Origin: Macrostomum lignano
Taxonomy: Eukaryota
Direction: 5' to 3'
Length of the DNA: 64,000 nucleotides
NCBI GenBank assembly: GCA_002269645.1
Contig: NIVC01000292.1
Coordinates: forward strand, 682,001 to 746,000
Shown: positions 45,812 to 57,330 of the stretch, in pieces
How the letters are laid out: every line of letters starts with the position of its first letter
How positions within the stretch are numbered: position 1 is the first letter of the stretch
Translations under genes and position numbers: made by a program
The notes under the pieces: model-generated
What the model saw: the letters and a program-made list of their open reading frames with translations, nothing else
What the model was told of the DNA's origin: nothing
The model's database searches: none

Positions 45812-46572
45812 CTGATCTACTAATCCACCAGTCTACTATTCCACCAGTCTACTAATCCATCAGTCTACTAATCCATTAATCTACTAATCCATCAGTCTAC
45901 TAATCCACCAAACTACTAATCCATCACTCTACTAATTTATCAGTCTACTAATCCATTAATCTAATAATCCACCAGTCTACTAATCCATCAATCTACTAAT
46001 CCATCAATCTACTAATCTATCAGTCTACTAATCCACCAATCTACTAATCCATCACTCTACTAATCCACCAGTCTACTAATCCAATAGTCTAATCCATCAG
46101 CCTACTAATCAATCAGTTTACTAATCCACCAGTCTACTAATCCACCAGTCTACTAATCCACCAGTCTACTAATCCATCAGTTTACTAATCCATCAATCTA
46201 CTAATCCATCAGTTTACTAATTCCATTAATTTACTAATCCATTAGACTACTAATCAATCAGTCTAATAATCCATTAATCTTCTAGTCTACTAATCCATTA
46301 ATCTTCTAGTCTACTAATCCATTAATCTACTAATCCATCAATCTAATAATCAATCAGTCTACTAATCCATTAATCTTCTAGTCTACTAATCCATTAATCT
46401 ACTAATCCATCAGTCTACTAATCCATCAATCTAATAATCAATCAGTCTACTAATCCATCAGTCTACTAATCCATCAGTCTACTAATCTATCAGTATACTA
46501 ATCCATTAATCTTCCAATCCATCAGTCTACTAATCCATTAGTCTAATAATCCACCAGTCTATTAATCTACTA
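45812..46572. repeat. Degenerate about 16-bp AT-rich repeat (atccatcagtctacta)
   Basis: Direct inspection. Confidence 0.88.
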
Positions 46573-47197
46573 ATAAACTTCAAGATATTGTATATACGAG
46601 CTACATATCCGTTTTCATAATTTCGAAATGAGTCATTTCCGATCCAACAAACAAGAGTGCAGAGCCCCCCCCCAGGCAAGGACTCGGCAGATCGGATTCC
46701 ACAGTTCCGCCACTACCCTCTCCCCTCCGGGCTGTTCGCCAGATGGTAAATCTGACATTGTGGCGGCGGCAGCAGCTTTTTAACAGAGGCTCATCATGGT
46801 GTCACACTGCAGGATGGGTTTATACAAGATTTGTCGGCTGACAGTCAGGACAGCGGTGGTGAACAGGTTGCTGGGCCGGCGTGAGTCACGGCTGGGTGAC
46901 TCGGAAGTGGCGCGGGAGCCGCAGTTTTTATTCGCGTTTACAAAATGCACCCGGCTAAACAAAGCGGCAGGCCCGGCAGGTGGGCTGGGGAAATAAAAAA
47001 AGTGACAGCATCGAGTTCTGGAGGCACCGCTGGGACTGCCGGGACTGCACTGCAGGCCCCTCAGCCTCTCTCAGCTTTATCTTACGTTTCTTATAGAGCA
47101 TACAGGCCGGCGCATTGCGATGTCAAAACTGCCATTTTTGTCAGAGACAATGGAATTCTGTTATTGCACTGCTTTTGGCTGGGAGCAGCAATAAATA

Positions 47198-47814
<617 letters not shown>

Positions 47815-48261
47815 GCCTGTCCTCACGAAGTCCCTAGCAACCAGGCCATCGCAGCTCCCACAAAAGTGCCGATTTTGTCCCCCCCCAGACTCCACAGCCG
47901 TCCGCCAGCAGAGGGCGGAGTCCAGATTGAGGCCAGATGCAGCCGGTCTCCCACGCTAATGCAGCTGGGGCGGGCGGACAAACAAGCAGCTTATCAGGGC
48001 CGGCGGAGTCCGCGCGCTGCGCTGCTGCGCCCGCCCGGGGGCGGAGCGGCCTGATTGATGAGATGCAGATTCTCAATCTTCCGCCGGCTCTCTAGCGATT
48101 CGGCCACTCTATTGGGCCGCACTAAAACGCTGGCGGACCGGCTGTTCCCACTGCAGCTGAGCTCTCCCAGTGGCTTTGATAGATCTCAATGCTGTTTAAT
48201 TTGCATTGAGTTTTCGAGTGCGCACAGGGTATTGTTTACACTTCAATGGATGGGGTGGCAC

Positions 48262-48630
48262 TCACTGAGGATCAGGAGGGGTGGCTGCGGCACACACTGA
48301 GGAATCAGGAGGGTGGCTGCGGCACACACTGAGAGATCTCAGGAGGGGTGGCTGCGGCACACACTGAGGAATCAGGAGGGTGGCTGCGGCACACACTGAG
48401 GGATCAGGAGGGGTAGCTGCGGCACACACTGAGGGATCAGGAGGGGTAGCTGCGGCACACACTGAGGAATCAGGAGGGGTGGCTGCGGCACACACTGAGG
48501 GATCAGGAGGGGTAGCTGCGGCACACACTGAGGAATCAGGAGGGGTAGCTGCGGTACACACTGAGGAATCAGGAGGGGTAGCTGTGGTACTCACTGAGAG
48601 ATCTCAGGAGGGGTGGCTGCGGCACACACA
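48262..48630. repeat. 33-bp minisatellite, about 11 copies
   Basis: Unit ggaggggtggctgcggcacacactgaggaatca. Confidence 0.9.
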
Positions 48631-48711
48631 CCTAGATAGATTCCAGAGGTTAAAGCCGCCCCGGACGCCCCTTAACTCCCGGCCCTCTCGTTTCCATGGC
48701 AACTAGCTCAC

Positions 48712-48832
48712 TTGGCCTGCGACGCATTGAACTGGCTGTAATGCGAGCTGCTGCTGAACCTGGAGCCGTCCAGGCGGTGCACCAGCCGCAGCGGCTGCTG
48801 CGGGTTTCTGCAGTGGAAGCCGGACTCGCGAC
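48712..48832 (-). CDS. DDR: DDR exon 2 (start of discoidin domain)
   Basis: gcccgcag|GT...AA|GTGAGC; C..PL.L....FSSSS..AK(I) matches the F5/8C N-terminus, phase 1/2. Confidence 0.85.
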
Positions 48833-49348
48833 CTGCGGGCGGAAGTGTATAAAAATAGTTATTCGTTGCCAAGCCTTAAGTGAGTCGCATGAATTATTCA
48901 TGAGCCCTAATGAAAATGAATGCCGTGCAGCGCATTATCTGGTTGAGTAAGCGCGCCACTTGAGGTGGCAAATTAGAATAATTTTTCTATACAATTCGCG
49001 CAGGTAGAAGGAACTGCGCGGCAATTTGAATCTGCAAGCACTGAGTAAGTGGAGCTGCTTTGCTAAATCACGAATTCAGACAAAGACGGTCCTCGAGGAA
49101 CTGTAGCGATGGAGGGAGATTGTGCGCCTGCAGGACGCCATGCCGAGATGGGGAGCGAATCGATGGGAATTGAAACCGACTGCGGGGTGACCCAGATGGG
49201 AGAGACGGCGCAGGGGTGCTGTACCGGTCCCGCGCCCGACACTTAACTGCCGGTCCGGATTCGGGACAGACGGGGGGTCGCAAGTTGCCACAGTGCGCGG
49301 GCAGCGGCATCGACCTGCAGAAATGAGCCGGAGACCTAGCCCCGAATT

Positions 49349-50280
49349 CCGGCCTTCACGGGCATCTGTCACACTGCTGGCTACAGCCTTCACGGGCATC
49401 TGTCACACTGCTGGCTACAGTCTTCACGGGCATCTGTCACCCTGCTGGCTACAGCCTTCACGGGAATCTGTCACTGCTGGCTACAGCCTTCACGGGCATC
49501 TGTCACACTGCTGGCTACAGCCTTCACGGGCATCTGTCACACTGCTGGCTACAGTCTTCACGGGCATCTGTCACCCTGCTGGCTACAGCTTTCACGGGAA
49601 TCTGTCACACTGCTGGATACAGCCTTCACGGGCATCTGTCACACTGCTGGATACAGCCTTCACGGGCATCTGTCACCCTGCAGGCTACAGCCTTCACGGG
49701 CATCTGTCACACTGCTGGCTACAGCCTTCACGGGCATCTGTCACCCTGCTGGCTACAGCCTTCACGGGCATCTGTCACCCTGCAGGCTACAGCCTTCACG
49801 GGCATCTGTCACACTGCTGGCTACAGCCTTCACGGGAATCTGTCACCCTGCTGGCTACAGCCTTCACGGGCATCTGTCACACTGCTGGCTACAGCCTTCA
49901 CGGGAATCTGTCACTGCTGGCTGCAGCCTTCACGGGCATCTGTCACCCTGCTGGCTACAGCCTTCACGGGCATCTGTCACACTGCTGGCTACAGCCTTCA
50001 CGGGCATCTGTCACACTGCTGGCTACAGCCTTCATGGGAATCTGTCACACTGCTGGCTACAGCCTTCACGGGCATGTCACTGCAGCTACAGCCTTCACGG
50101 GCATCTGTCACACTGCTGGCTACAGCCTTCACGGGCATCTGTCACACTGCTGGCTACAGCCTTCATGGGAATCTGTCACACTGCTGGCTACAGCCTTCAC
50201 GGGCATGTCACTGCAGCTACAGCCTTCACGGGCATCTGTCACACTGCTGGCTACAGCCTTCACGGGCATCTGTCACCCTG
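49349..50280. repeat. 34-bp minisatellite (ccttcacgggcatctgtcacactgctggctacag), left part
   Basis: About 27 copies; resumes at 56096. Confidence 0.95.
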
Positions 50281-50757
50281 CGCCGGGGCTGTTGCCCCCA
50301 GGACCCCGGGTCCTGCACGTAATGGCGTGGTGAACTATCTGTGCAGTATGAGACTGGTATGGCCTTTATCCCAGCCAGCGATGCTCACACCTGCCTCCCC
50401 TGGCGGGCTGATAGCTCAAGAGACTCTGTCTCCTGATTTTCACCTTGCAAGGCGCACTTCGAAGGGTACTCGTCCCGTGGGTGTTAAGGCAGGCCCCCTT
50501 GGGCCCTGCCGAGCTGATTCGTTGGCGCCGGGTCCTGGTGTGACCATAAACGCACCCTCTAATGTCCCAGTGTAACTCCGTGCTGATGGACGCTTGGCCA
50601 GGGAGTAGTCTGGTCGCTAACGGTTCCCCTTGCGCTTTTGGGTCCCCCCGCAGGGTGGTATTTTGCTTTTTGGGGGCCTGCCGCTTGGTTTGGGGTTGCG
50701 GCCTTGCGGCTCTTTGCCTGTGTTCTGCAGGAAGTCCCACCTTTTTACTTCCAGCCA

Positions 50758-52278
50758 ATGGCTTCTAACCGAAGTAACAAACCGGCTGTGGATGACACAG
50801 TGCCTCCGGCCTCGGCTGGGGCCGTGGACTCCTCGGCCATACCACCTGCTACCATCGGGGACGCCTCGGCGAGACCCGTGGAGCCAACTCTGAGCGGTGC
50901 CTCCGAGAAGACACCTGCTACTCCAGCTGCTAAGAAACGCAGCACCACCTCTGGAGCTGCCCGCCGTCGACTTAACAAGGCGAGGCGGGCCAAGGAGGGC
51001 GGAAGCCAAACCGGTGCCAGGGGCCAACGGCCCGCGGCAGCGGAAGCTTCCCAGTCTGGGGCGGTGGCGGAAGAGGGCCTCGAGCCCACGGAAGCCCCTG
51101 CCCAGGATAGGGAGGCCGATGCAGCCGGGAGGGTGGACAGCCCACCTGAAGAAAGCTCCACTGACCCCCGGGCCTCCTACGCTGATGCGGCAAAGAGGCA
51201 ACCGGCGGTTGTCATCCTGGGAAAGGACGCGCGCCTGTCTCCCGATCAGCTGAAGCAGGTGAGAAGTGCCGTTGATGGCCTCCTGTGGAAGCAAACTCTG
51301 AAGGGCACGCCTCTGAACATTCATTCGAATGCGACGAGGGACTCGTGCCTTCTCATTTGGCCCAGTGATGCTGACTCGGGTCGGCGGCTCCTTGAGCTGC
51401 TGCCCGAGCAGAGCTGGGACCTCAACCTAGCCTTCTGCAGAGAGGACGAGCGCCCCCGGACCAAGAGGCATCGAATCTGGGTCCCGGCCAGGAGCGTTGT
51501 TACCTCTGCTGACGAGCTCCGGAAAGGACTGCTAGCAGTCACGGTTGAGCTTCCCGCCGCGGGCCTAGTGGTGCATGACACCCTTAAGCGCACCGACGGC
51601 ACTGGCTTCACAGCCATCCTGGGGCTGTCGGACGCCTGGATGAGGCGTTATCCACACGGCAGCTTCATCAACGTCGGCCTTTGGAAGCTGCGCATCCGCT
51701 CCTACGAGGCCGACCCTCCCCGTGGCAGTGAGCAGGGCGGGCGGGATGCGGAGGCGGCCGGGGCCGAGGCGCAAGCCTCTGCTCAGACTGCCAAAGCAAA
51801 CCGCCCTGCCCGGCAGCACGGCCGCGCGGGCAAAGCTGAGCGCGCTGCTGAGGGCGGAGGCGACCGACGCCCGGCGCGTAGCACCAAGCGGCGCGGCCTG
51901 TACCAGCGTGCAGCTGAGGCAGTCCGTACCGCCAAAATCTCCCAGCTGAGGCGAGAGGTCGCCGGGACGCCTAGGCGCACCAGTTCGTCCAGGGAGGGTG
52001 GGGACGTCCCAGCTGGGCCCAACCCCTCGGGGCAGGGCCGACTGGAGACGGACCCGCCTGCCCAGGCGGCTGGCTGCTCCAGGGCATTGGGCCAATCTGA
52101 GGCGGAGGACCCCATGGATGGTGGGCAAAGGGCGGCGAACGCTGCCTACTGCCTTCCGGCCAATCGGGGGCCTTTTGCTGAAGAAGAGCCCATGGACACC
52201 GGCGACCCCGACCCGAAGCCGGTGAGCGCCGAGGAGGAGGAGGAACTCCTGGCGGCTGCAACATCCGATCTGCAATGA
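50758..52278 (+). CDS. LINE ORF1 (506 aa from ATG 50758); basic/low-complexity N-terminus, no CCHC knuckle seen
   Basis: Long ORF directly upstream of and overlapping ORF2; its position and composition fit an ORF1 nucleic-acid chaperone. Confidence 0.8.
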   Translation: MASNRSNKPAVDDTVPPASAGAVDSSAIPPATIGDASARPVEPTLSGASEKTPATPAAKKRSTTSGAARRRLNKARRAKEGGSQTGARGQRPAAAEASQSGAVAEEGLEPTEAPAQDREADAAGRVDSPPEESSTDPRASYADAAKRQPAVVILGKDARLSPDQLKQVRSAVDGLLWKQTLKGTPLNIHSNATRDSCLLIWPSDADSGRRLLELLPEQSWDLNLAFCREDERPRTKRHRIWVPARSVVTSADELRKGLLAVTVELPAAGLVVHDTLKRTDGTGFTAILGLSDAWMRRYPHGSFINVGLWKLRIRSYEADPPRGSEQGGRDAEAAGAEAQASAQTAKANRPARQHGRAGKAERAAEGGGDRRPARSTKRRGLYQRAAEAVRTAKISQLRREVAGTPRRTSSSREGGDVPAGPNPSGQGRLETDPPAQAAGCSRALGQSEAEDPMDGGQRAANAAYCLPANRGPFAEEEPMDTGDPDPKPVSAEEEEELLAAATSDLQ

Positions 52279-55200
52279 TGCCAACGACTACCTGGTGTCT
52301 GCAGATCAACACCCAGCACTGCGTGGCGGCGTCGGTCAACCTGATGCGCACGGCAGAGCAACAGCTTCCGGGCCTGGTCTTCGTACAGGAGCCCTGGATG
52401 ACTAAAGGTAAGCCAAATAATGTGCCATCTGGCTACCACTGTTTTTGCATGGCGGGCTCTCAGCCTCGCCCAAGATCTCTGGTCTTTGCTGCAAAAGCTT
52501 TTGAGGCATGGATGAGACCTGATCTCTCGACTGGGGACATCTGTGTTGTTCAAATCAATAACCTCATTCCCAATAAACCTGTGCTGGTAGCTTCTGCCTA
52601 TTTCCCGGGCGATGCCCCAGTTGTCTGCGACGCGTTAGTCAACCTTACTGACTATGCTGCGTCCCATCGGTTCGAGCTGCTCATTGCAGGGGATGTGAAC
52701 GCACACCACCTGCATTGGGGCAGCAAGAACATCAATAGCAGAGGCGAGGAGCTGCTGGCCTATGTCAGCAGCACTAACCTCAACTTCTGTAACGTGGGCA
52801 ATGCACCAACGTTCAATAATGGGCGGTGGGCCGAAGTCATCGACACCACCATCGCCTCACCCGGACTGCTTTCCGCAGTTACGGGCTGGCGAGTGTGGGA
52901 CGAGGACTCGCTCTCGGACCACCGCTTTATCCGCTTTTGCATTGGGCCGACCAAGCAAAAGCCTAAGGTCACTTGGAGTCGGAACGTCAGAAACACCGAT
53001 TGGGCCGCCTTTGGCTCGAAGCTGAGCCGCGGCCTTCGGGATCTTGACCCCCCCAGTGACCTCTCTGACTGCCAGGTGGTGGACGATCTCGCCTCCTCCC
53101 TGGGCGGGGCGATCACCACTGCCTTTGAAGCAGCCTGCCCCCTAAAGGCCTATAAAGGCAAGAAATCTGCTCCCTGGTGGAACCCAGAGCTCGGGGCCCT
53201 TCGGCGCCGAGCCAGGACCCTCCAAAGGCGAGCGCTCAAAACCAAAGACCCATCTGACAGAGAGGCCTATACCCGTGCGATCCACGAGTTTAAGGGCCAA
53301 GTCAGAAGGGCCAAGACGGCCAAGTGGCGCCAATATTGCGAAGGGCTTGAGGGCTCTCGCCCCGTAGCCCGCGTGGTTAAGGCACTCACTAATGACCGTT
53401 TTTCTAAACTCTCTGTTGTGAAGAGACCTGACGGCTCGGTCACAGAGAGTTCGGAAGAGACTCTAGAGCTCATGCTCAACAGTTTTTTCCCTAAATCTCC
53501 GACTCAGCAGGGCCCGCCCGACCACACAGTGGGAGGGCAAGGCCTAGCAAAGTCTATGATCACCAAAGACCGCATTATTAGAGCGGCAAGGTCCTTTAAC
53601 CCGTTCAAGGCGCCTGGGCCCGACGGCATCTACCCAGCGTTCTTGCACGAGGCGGTGAAAAACCACCGCTTCCTGGACCTGCTCTGTCGTCTCCTTCGAG
53701 CTTGTATGGAGCTGGGCTATGTACCAGTTGCATGGAGAGAGGCCCGGGTGGTCTTTATCCCCAAGCCTGGAAAGAGCGACTACCAATCGGTGAAGGCCTT
53801 CAGGCCTATCAGCCTCACTTCTTTCTGCCTCAAGCTCCTCGAGAGACTGGTGCTTTGGCGCCTACTTTCGGTCGAGCTGAAGCGCTTCCCACTCTCGCAG
53901 AACCAGCACGCCTTCCGCGCGGGCAGGTCAACCGAGAGTGCTCTCCATGTCATTGTTGACTTCCTGGAGAGGGCCGTTCTTGGCAGCGGCTTTGCCCTCT
54001 CGCTTTTCCTGGACATTGAGGGGGCCTTCGACAACGTCATCTTCGAGGCCTTTTGCAGAGCCCTGGAATCCAGGGCCACGCACCCTCACCTTGTCCGGTG
54101 GATCATGTTCATGATCCGAAACCGCACTGTTGTGGCCCACCTGAGCGGCAGCTCTCTTTCGGTGCCTGTCCTGAAAGGGGGCCCCCAGGGCGGCGTTCTC
54201 ACCCCCGTTCTCTGGAACATGGTCATGGATGAGTTGCTTTGCAGTGATCTCCACGACCCCATTCTCAAGGTGGGCTATGCCGATGATGTGACCGCGATAT
54301 GCGCGGGCCCCTCGGTTGATACCATCAGAGACCTTCTGCAGGGCTTTCTGGGACGAGCGGAGCGTTGGGCAGACCAATGTGGCCTTAGACTCTCAGAGTC
54401 GAAAACCACAGCAGTCATGTTTACCAACAAACTGCTCTGGACCATTAAGCCCCTCACCCTCTATGGAAAGAATATTTCCATGGAGAAGCAGGTCCGCTGC
54501 CTGGGCCTCACTCTGGACCACAGGCTTAACTGGACTCCGCACATTCAAACTAAAGCCAAAAAAGCCCTGGCTGTACTGGCTCAGATCAGGCGCGCCGTGG
54601 GCACCACCTGGGGGCTCACCCCCAGGAAGCTGTGGTGGATTTACACTGCCATCATCCGCCCCTCGATCAGTTACGCCAGCCTCGTGTGGGCTAGCGGCCT
54701 GAGCGTCAAGAGCAACCTCGACGCTCTCTACAAAATCCAGGGCAGAGCCTGCCGCATGACTATGGGCGCTCCACCCTCTACTCCTTTTGAAGGCATGAAT
54801 GCCTTCCTCTGCGCCCCTCCTTTGGATATTTATATCAAAGGAGAGGCGGCGAAGAGCACCCGGCGTCTTCTGGATGCTGGGGTGGCCTTCAAGAAAGTGC
54901 GGGCCTTTAAGAAGCGGTCGCTTATCCCGCACTCTGACCTCTGCCTCAAGGCTCTCGAGGAGTGTGGCGGGCTCAACATCCTCACGGACTCGATCCCAGC
55001 CACCCTTCTCCTGAGCCAAAGGTATAAGGTCACCATTCAGCCTCGACACGAGGCGAGTGACAGCTGGAGCGACTCTGAAGTCCACTGTTACACTGACGGC
55101 TCTATGAGGCATGGTCTTTCAGGCTTCGGAGCTTGCGTCTTCTTCAAGGGAGAAGTGGTGTGGAGCTACTCCCAGCACACTGGGCTCAACTCCAGTGTTT

Positions 55201-55979
55201 TTCAGAGCGAGGTGCTTGCCATCAGCTCCTGCGCGGCAGAGCTGCGCCGAAGGCAGCTTAGCGGCCGGAAATTTATTTTTCACTCTGACAGCCAAGCAGC
55301 CCTTCGGGCCCTCTGCCGCAGCACCGCCAGCTCCAGGTCCGTCCTGGACTGCAACACCCAGCTCAACGGGCTTGCGCTAGGCAACCAGGTGGAGCTCAGA
55401 TGGATCCCGGGCCACGCCGGCTTCCTCGGCAACGAGCGCGCTGACCTGCTGGCCAAGGCTGGCTCCGCCGGCGCGCTATTGGGGCCGGGCCCGGGTGCCC
55501 CCATCCCCGCCTCGGTGATCAATTCCCGCGTTAAGCGCTGGGCTGACTCCGAGCATCTCCGCAGGTGGCACGACACCCGGAATTGTAGGCAATCCCGTGC
55601 TGCCGTCCCCTGTCCCTCTCCTCTCCTGCGTAGAGCCCTCCTCAGGCTCAACCGCAGAGACCTCAGAGCAGTTAGCATGGCCCTCTCCGGGCATGGCTGC
55701 TTCTCTCGCCACCGCTTCCTTCAGGGCCAAGTACCCGAGGAGCGGTGCCCCTTCTGCCGCTCAGGCAGTGAAAACGCCGAGCATTTTATCTGCCACTGCC
55801 CGGTTTTCACCAGGGCCAGGCTTACTCACCTCGGGCCAAACCCGGTTCTCTCCGACGTTTGCAGGCCCGAGAGCATCCCACTGCTCGCCCGGTACCTCAG
55901 GGACACCGGACGAGCTGATTTCTTCCCCACCGTCGGTGAGGAGGACCGCGCTGCAGGCGAGACCGACGGGTCCCCCTGA
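52275..55979 (+). CDS. pol: LINE ORF2: AP endonuclease - reverse transcriptase - RNase H - CCHC
   Basis: QEPW, AGDVNAHH, SDHRFI (APE); LDIEGAFD, PQGGVL, YADD (RT); YTDGS, SEVLAI, SDSQAAL, WIPGH..GNERAD (RNase H); CPFC..E..EHFICHC. Confidence 0.96.
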   Translation: MMPTTTWCLQINTQHCVAASVNLMRTAEQQLPGLVFVQEPWMTKGKPNNVPSGYHCFCMAGSQPRPRSLVFAAKAFEAWMRPDLSTGDICVVQINNLIPNKPVLVASAYFPGDAPVVCDALVNLTDYAASHRFELLIAGDVNAHHLHWGSKNINSRGEELLAYVSSTNLNFCNVGNAPTFNNGRWAEVIDTTIASPGLLSAVTGWRVWDEDSLSDHRFIRFCIGPTKQKPKVTWSRNVRNTDWAAFGSKLSRGLRDLDPPSDLSDCQVVDDLASSLGGAITTAFEAACPLKAYKGKKSAPWWNPELGALRRRARTLQRRALKTKDPSDREAYTRAIHEFKGQVRRAKTAKWRQYCEGLEGSRPVARVVKALTNDRFSKLSVVKRPDGSVTESSEETLELMLNSFFPKSPTQQGPPDHTVGGQGLAKSMITKDRIIRAARSFNPFKAPGPDGIYPAFLHEAVKNHRFLDLLCRLLRACMELGYVPVAWREARVVFIPKPGKSDYQSVKAFRPISLTSFCLKLLERLVLWRLLSVELKRFPLSQNQHAFRAGRSTESALHVIVDFLERAVLGSGFALSLFLDIEGAFDNVIFEAFCRALESRATHPHLVRWIMFMIRNRTVVAHLSGSSLSVPVLKGGPQGGVLTPVLWNMVMDELLCSDLHDPILKVGYADDVTAICAGPSVDTIRDLLQGFLGRAERWADQCGLRLSESKTTAVMFTNKLLWTIKPLTLYGKNISMEKQVRCLGLTLDHRLNWTPHIQTKAKKALAVLAQIRRAVGTTWGLTPRKLWWIYTAIIRPSISYASLVWASGLSVKSNLDALYKIQGRACRMTMGAPPSTPFEGMNAFLCAPPLDIYIKGEAAKSTRRLLDAGVAFKKVRAFKKRSLIPHSDLCLKALEECGGLNILTDSIPATLLLSQRYKVTIQPRHEASDSWSDSEVHCYTDGSMRHGLSGFGACVFFKGEVVWSYSQHTGLNSSVFQSEVLAISSCAAELRRRQLSGRKFIFHSDSQAALRALCRSTASSRSVLDCNTQLNGLALGNQVELRWIPGHAGFLGNERADLLAKAGSAGALLGPGPGAPIPASVINSRVKRWADSEHLRRWHDTRNCRQSRAAVPCPSPLLRRALLRLNRRDLRAVSMALSGHGCFSRHRFLQGQVPEERCPFCRSGSENAEHFICHCPVFTRARLTHLGPNPVLSDVCRPESIPLLARYLRDTGRADFFPTVGEEDRAAGETDGSP

Positions 55980-56095
55980 GCGACACCACTTCAACGGAAG
56001 TCGTTGGTCGCCAGGGGCTAGCGGAATGGGCGGTCTCCTCCGCCTCCTCGCTGCATCCGCCGGACGCCCCCTGCAGCTAAGTCAAGTAAGTCAAG

Positions 56096-56302
56096 TCTGT
56101 CACCCTGCTGGCTACAGCCTTTACGGGAATCTGTCACCCTGCTGGCTACAGCCTTCACGGGCATCTGTCACACTGCTGGATACAGCCTTCACGGGAATCT
56201 GTCACTGCAGCTACAGCCTTCACGCGCATCTGTCACCCTGCTGGCTACAGCCTTCATGGGCATCTGTCACCCTGCTGGCTACAGCCTTCACGGGCATCTG
56301 TG
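56096..56302. repeat. 34-bp minisatellite, right part (same unit as 49349-50280)
   Basis: About 6 copies. Confidence 0.92.
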
Positions 56303-57129
56303 ACCCGAGCCTGAGGCCTCATGTCATGATGATCTGCTCCCATTGCAGTCAGTGATTGTGAAAACAAAGGCAAGCCAGGCTGCAGATGCTGCAGAACAGA
56401 GAAGCTGCAGCTTAAAAGGATGCGGCTGGCTGAGCAGGTTTAGAGTACTCAAAGAGAATTCTCAATCTGCCAGATACAAAAGCCCGATGCCCCCATCAGC
56501 CAGCCTCTACCTGCCTGTTGACAGAAGTGAATGCAGGACAAGTGGATGCAGAACGGGCTCAATGCTGATTAGCCAGGTGTTTTTGTTGCTGAATGCGCTC
56601 CACTGAGAAGAGGGGAAGCTGAGAGCTGCATCAATTCAGAGACAAGGTAGTTAATTTTTAATGCTTGAGAAGCTTCACTCTGAATAACAGGTGATGCGAG
56701 AGATGCGGCAGAAGCTGAGACTGAGAGGCGGGCCTCTATTGAATTTGAGCTGTTCCGAAAATGAAATTTGAATAAATCCGAGCTGCTCAACTGTACTCAC
56801 TGCTGTCTCCTTCTAGACCCATGCGAGTCCCCGGGCCCTAATCACATTAGAGTCTGCGAGTTGTGTTTGCCTCCCCGCCCTGAGCAAACAGCGAACCCAA
56901 TCTGACTGAGTGCTCCGTTCCTGCTCAAAATGATGTCTGCACTTTCTGCCAGGTAGCTGCTCATCTTCTGCTTGTCGGAGCTCATCACTCTGGAGACGAA
57001 TAGTTTGCATAGCAACCAAAAAAAGTCGCCGAATTTCGCACGGGGTTCAGTTGTAGGTTCATGATTGACGACCGCTTGGGCTCGCGAAAAGTTTGATTTG
57101 ATGACCAAATAAAATTTCAGGGAGGGGAC

Positions 57130-57330
57130 GATGACCAATTAAAGGATCATAGAAAGGCGATGACCAATTAAAGGTTTATAGAGTGGGCAATGATCAATTG
57201 AAGGATCATAAGGGGGCGATGACCAATTTAAGGATCATGGAGGGGCGATGACCAATTAAAGCATTATAGAGGGGCGATGACCAATTGAAGCATCATAGAG
57301 TGGGAGATGACTAATTAAAGCATCATAGAG
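57130..57330. repeat. About 29-30-bp imperfect minisatellite (gatgaccaattaaaggatcatagagggg), about 7 copies
   Basis: Direct inspection. Confidence 0.8.

Larger units (their letters stand above)
50281..56095 (+). mobile_element. Intact non-LTR retrotransposon of the I group (LOA/R1-like), antisense within DDR intron 1
   Basis: Two uninterrupted ORFs, 12-bp flanking duplication TCTGTCACCCTG (50269-50280 and 56096-56107), 3' tail (TAAGTCAAG)2. Confidence 0.93.

Noticed and set aside
50281-50520. HDV-like self-cleaving ribozyme at the LINE 5' end
   Set aside because: Hairpins exist (GGGGC/GCCCC, CAGGAC/GTCCTG) and GCC-TCCCCT-GGC resembles P3/L3, but I could not find a matching G-initiated P1 or a C-R-A J4/2 strand. 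An Infernal/RNArobo search would be needed.
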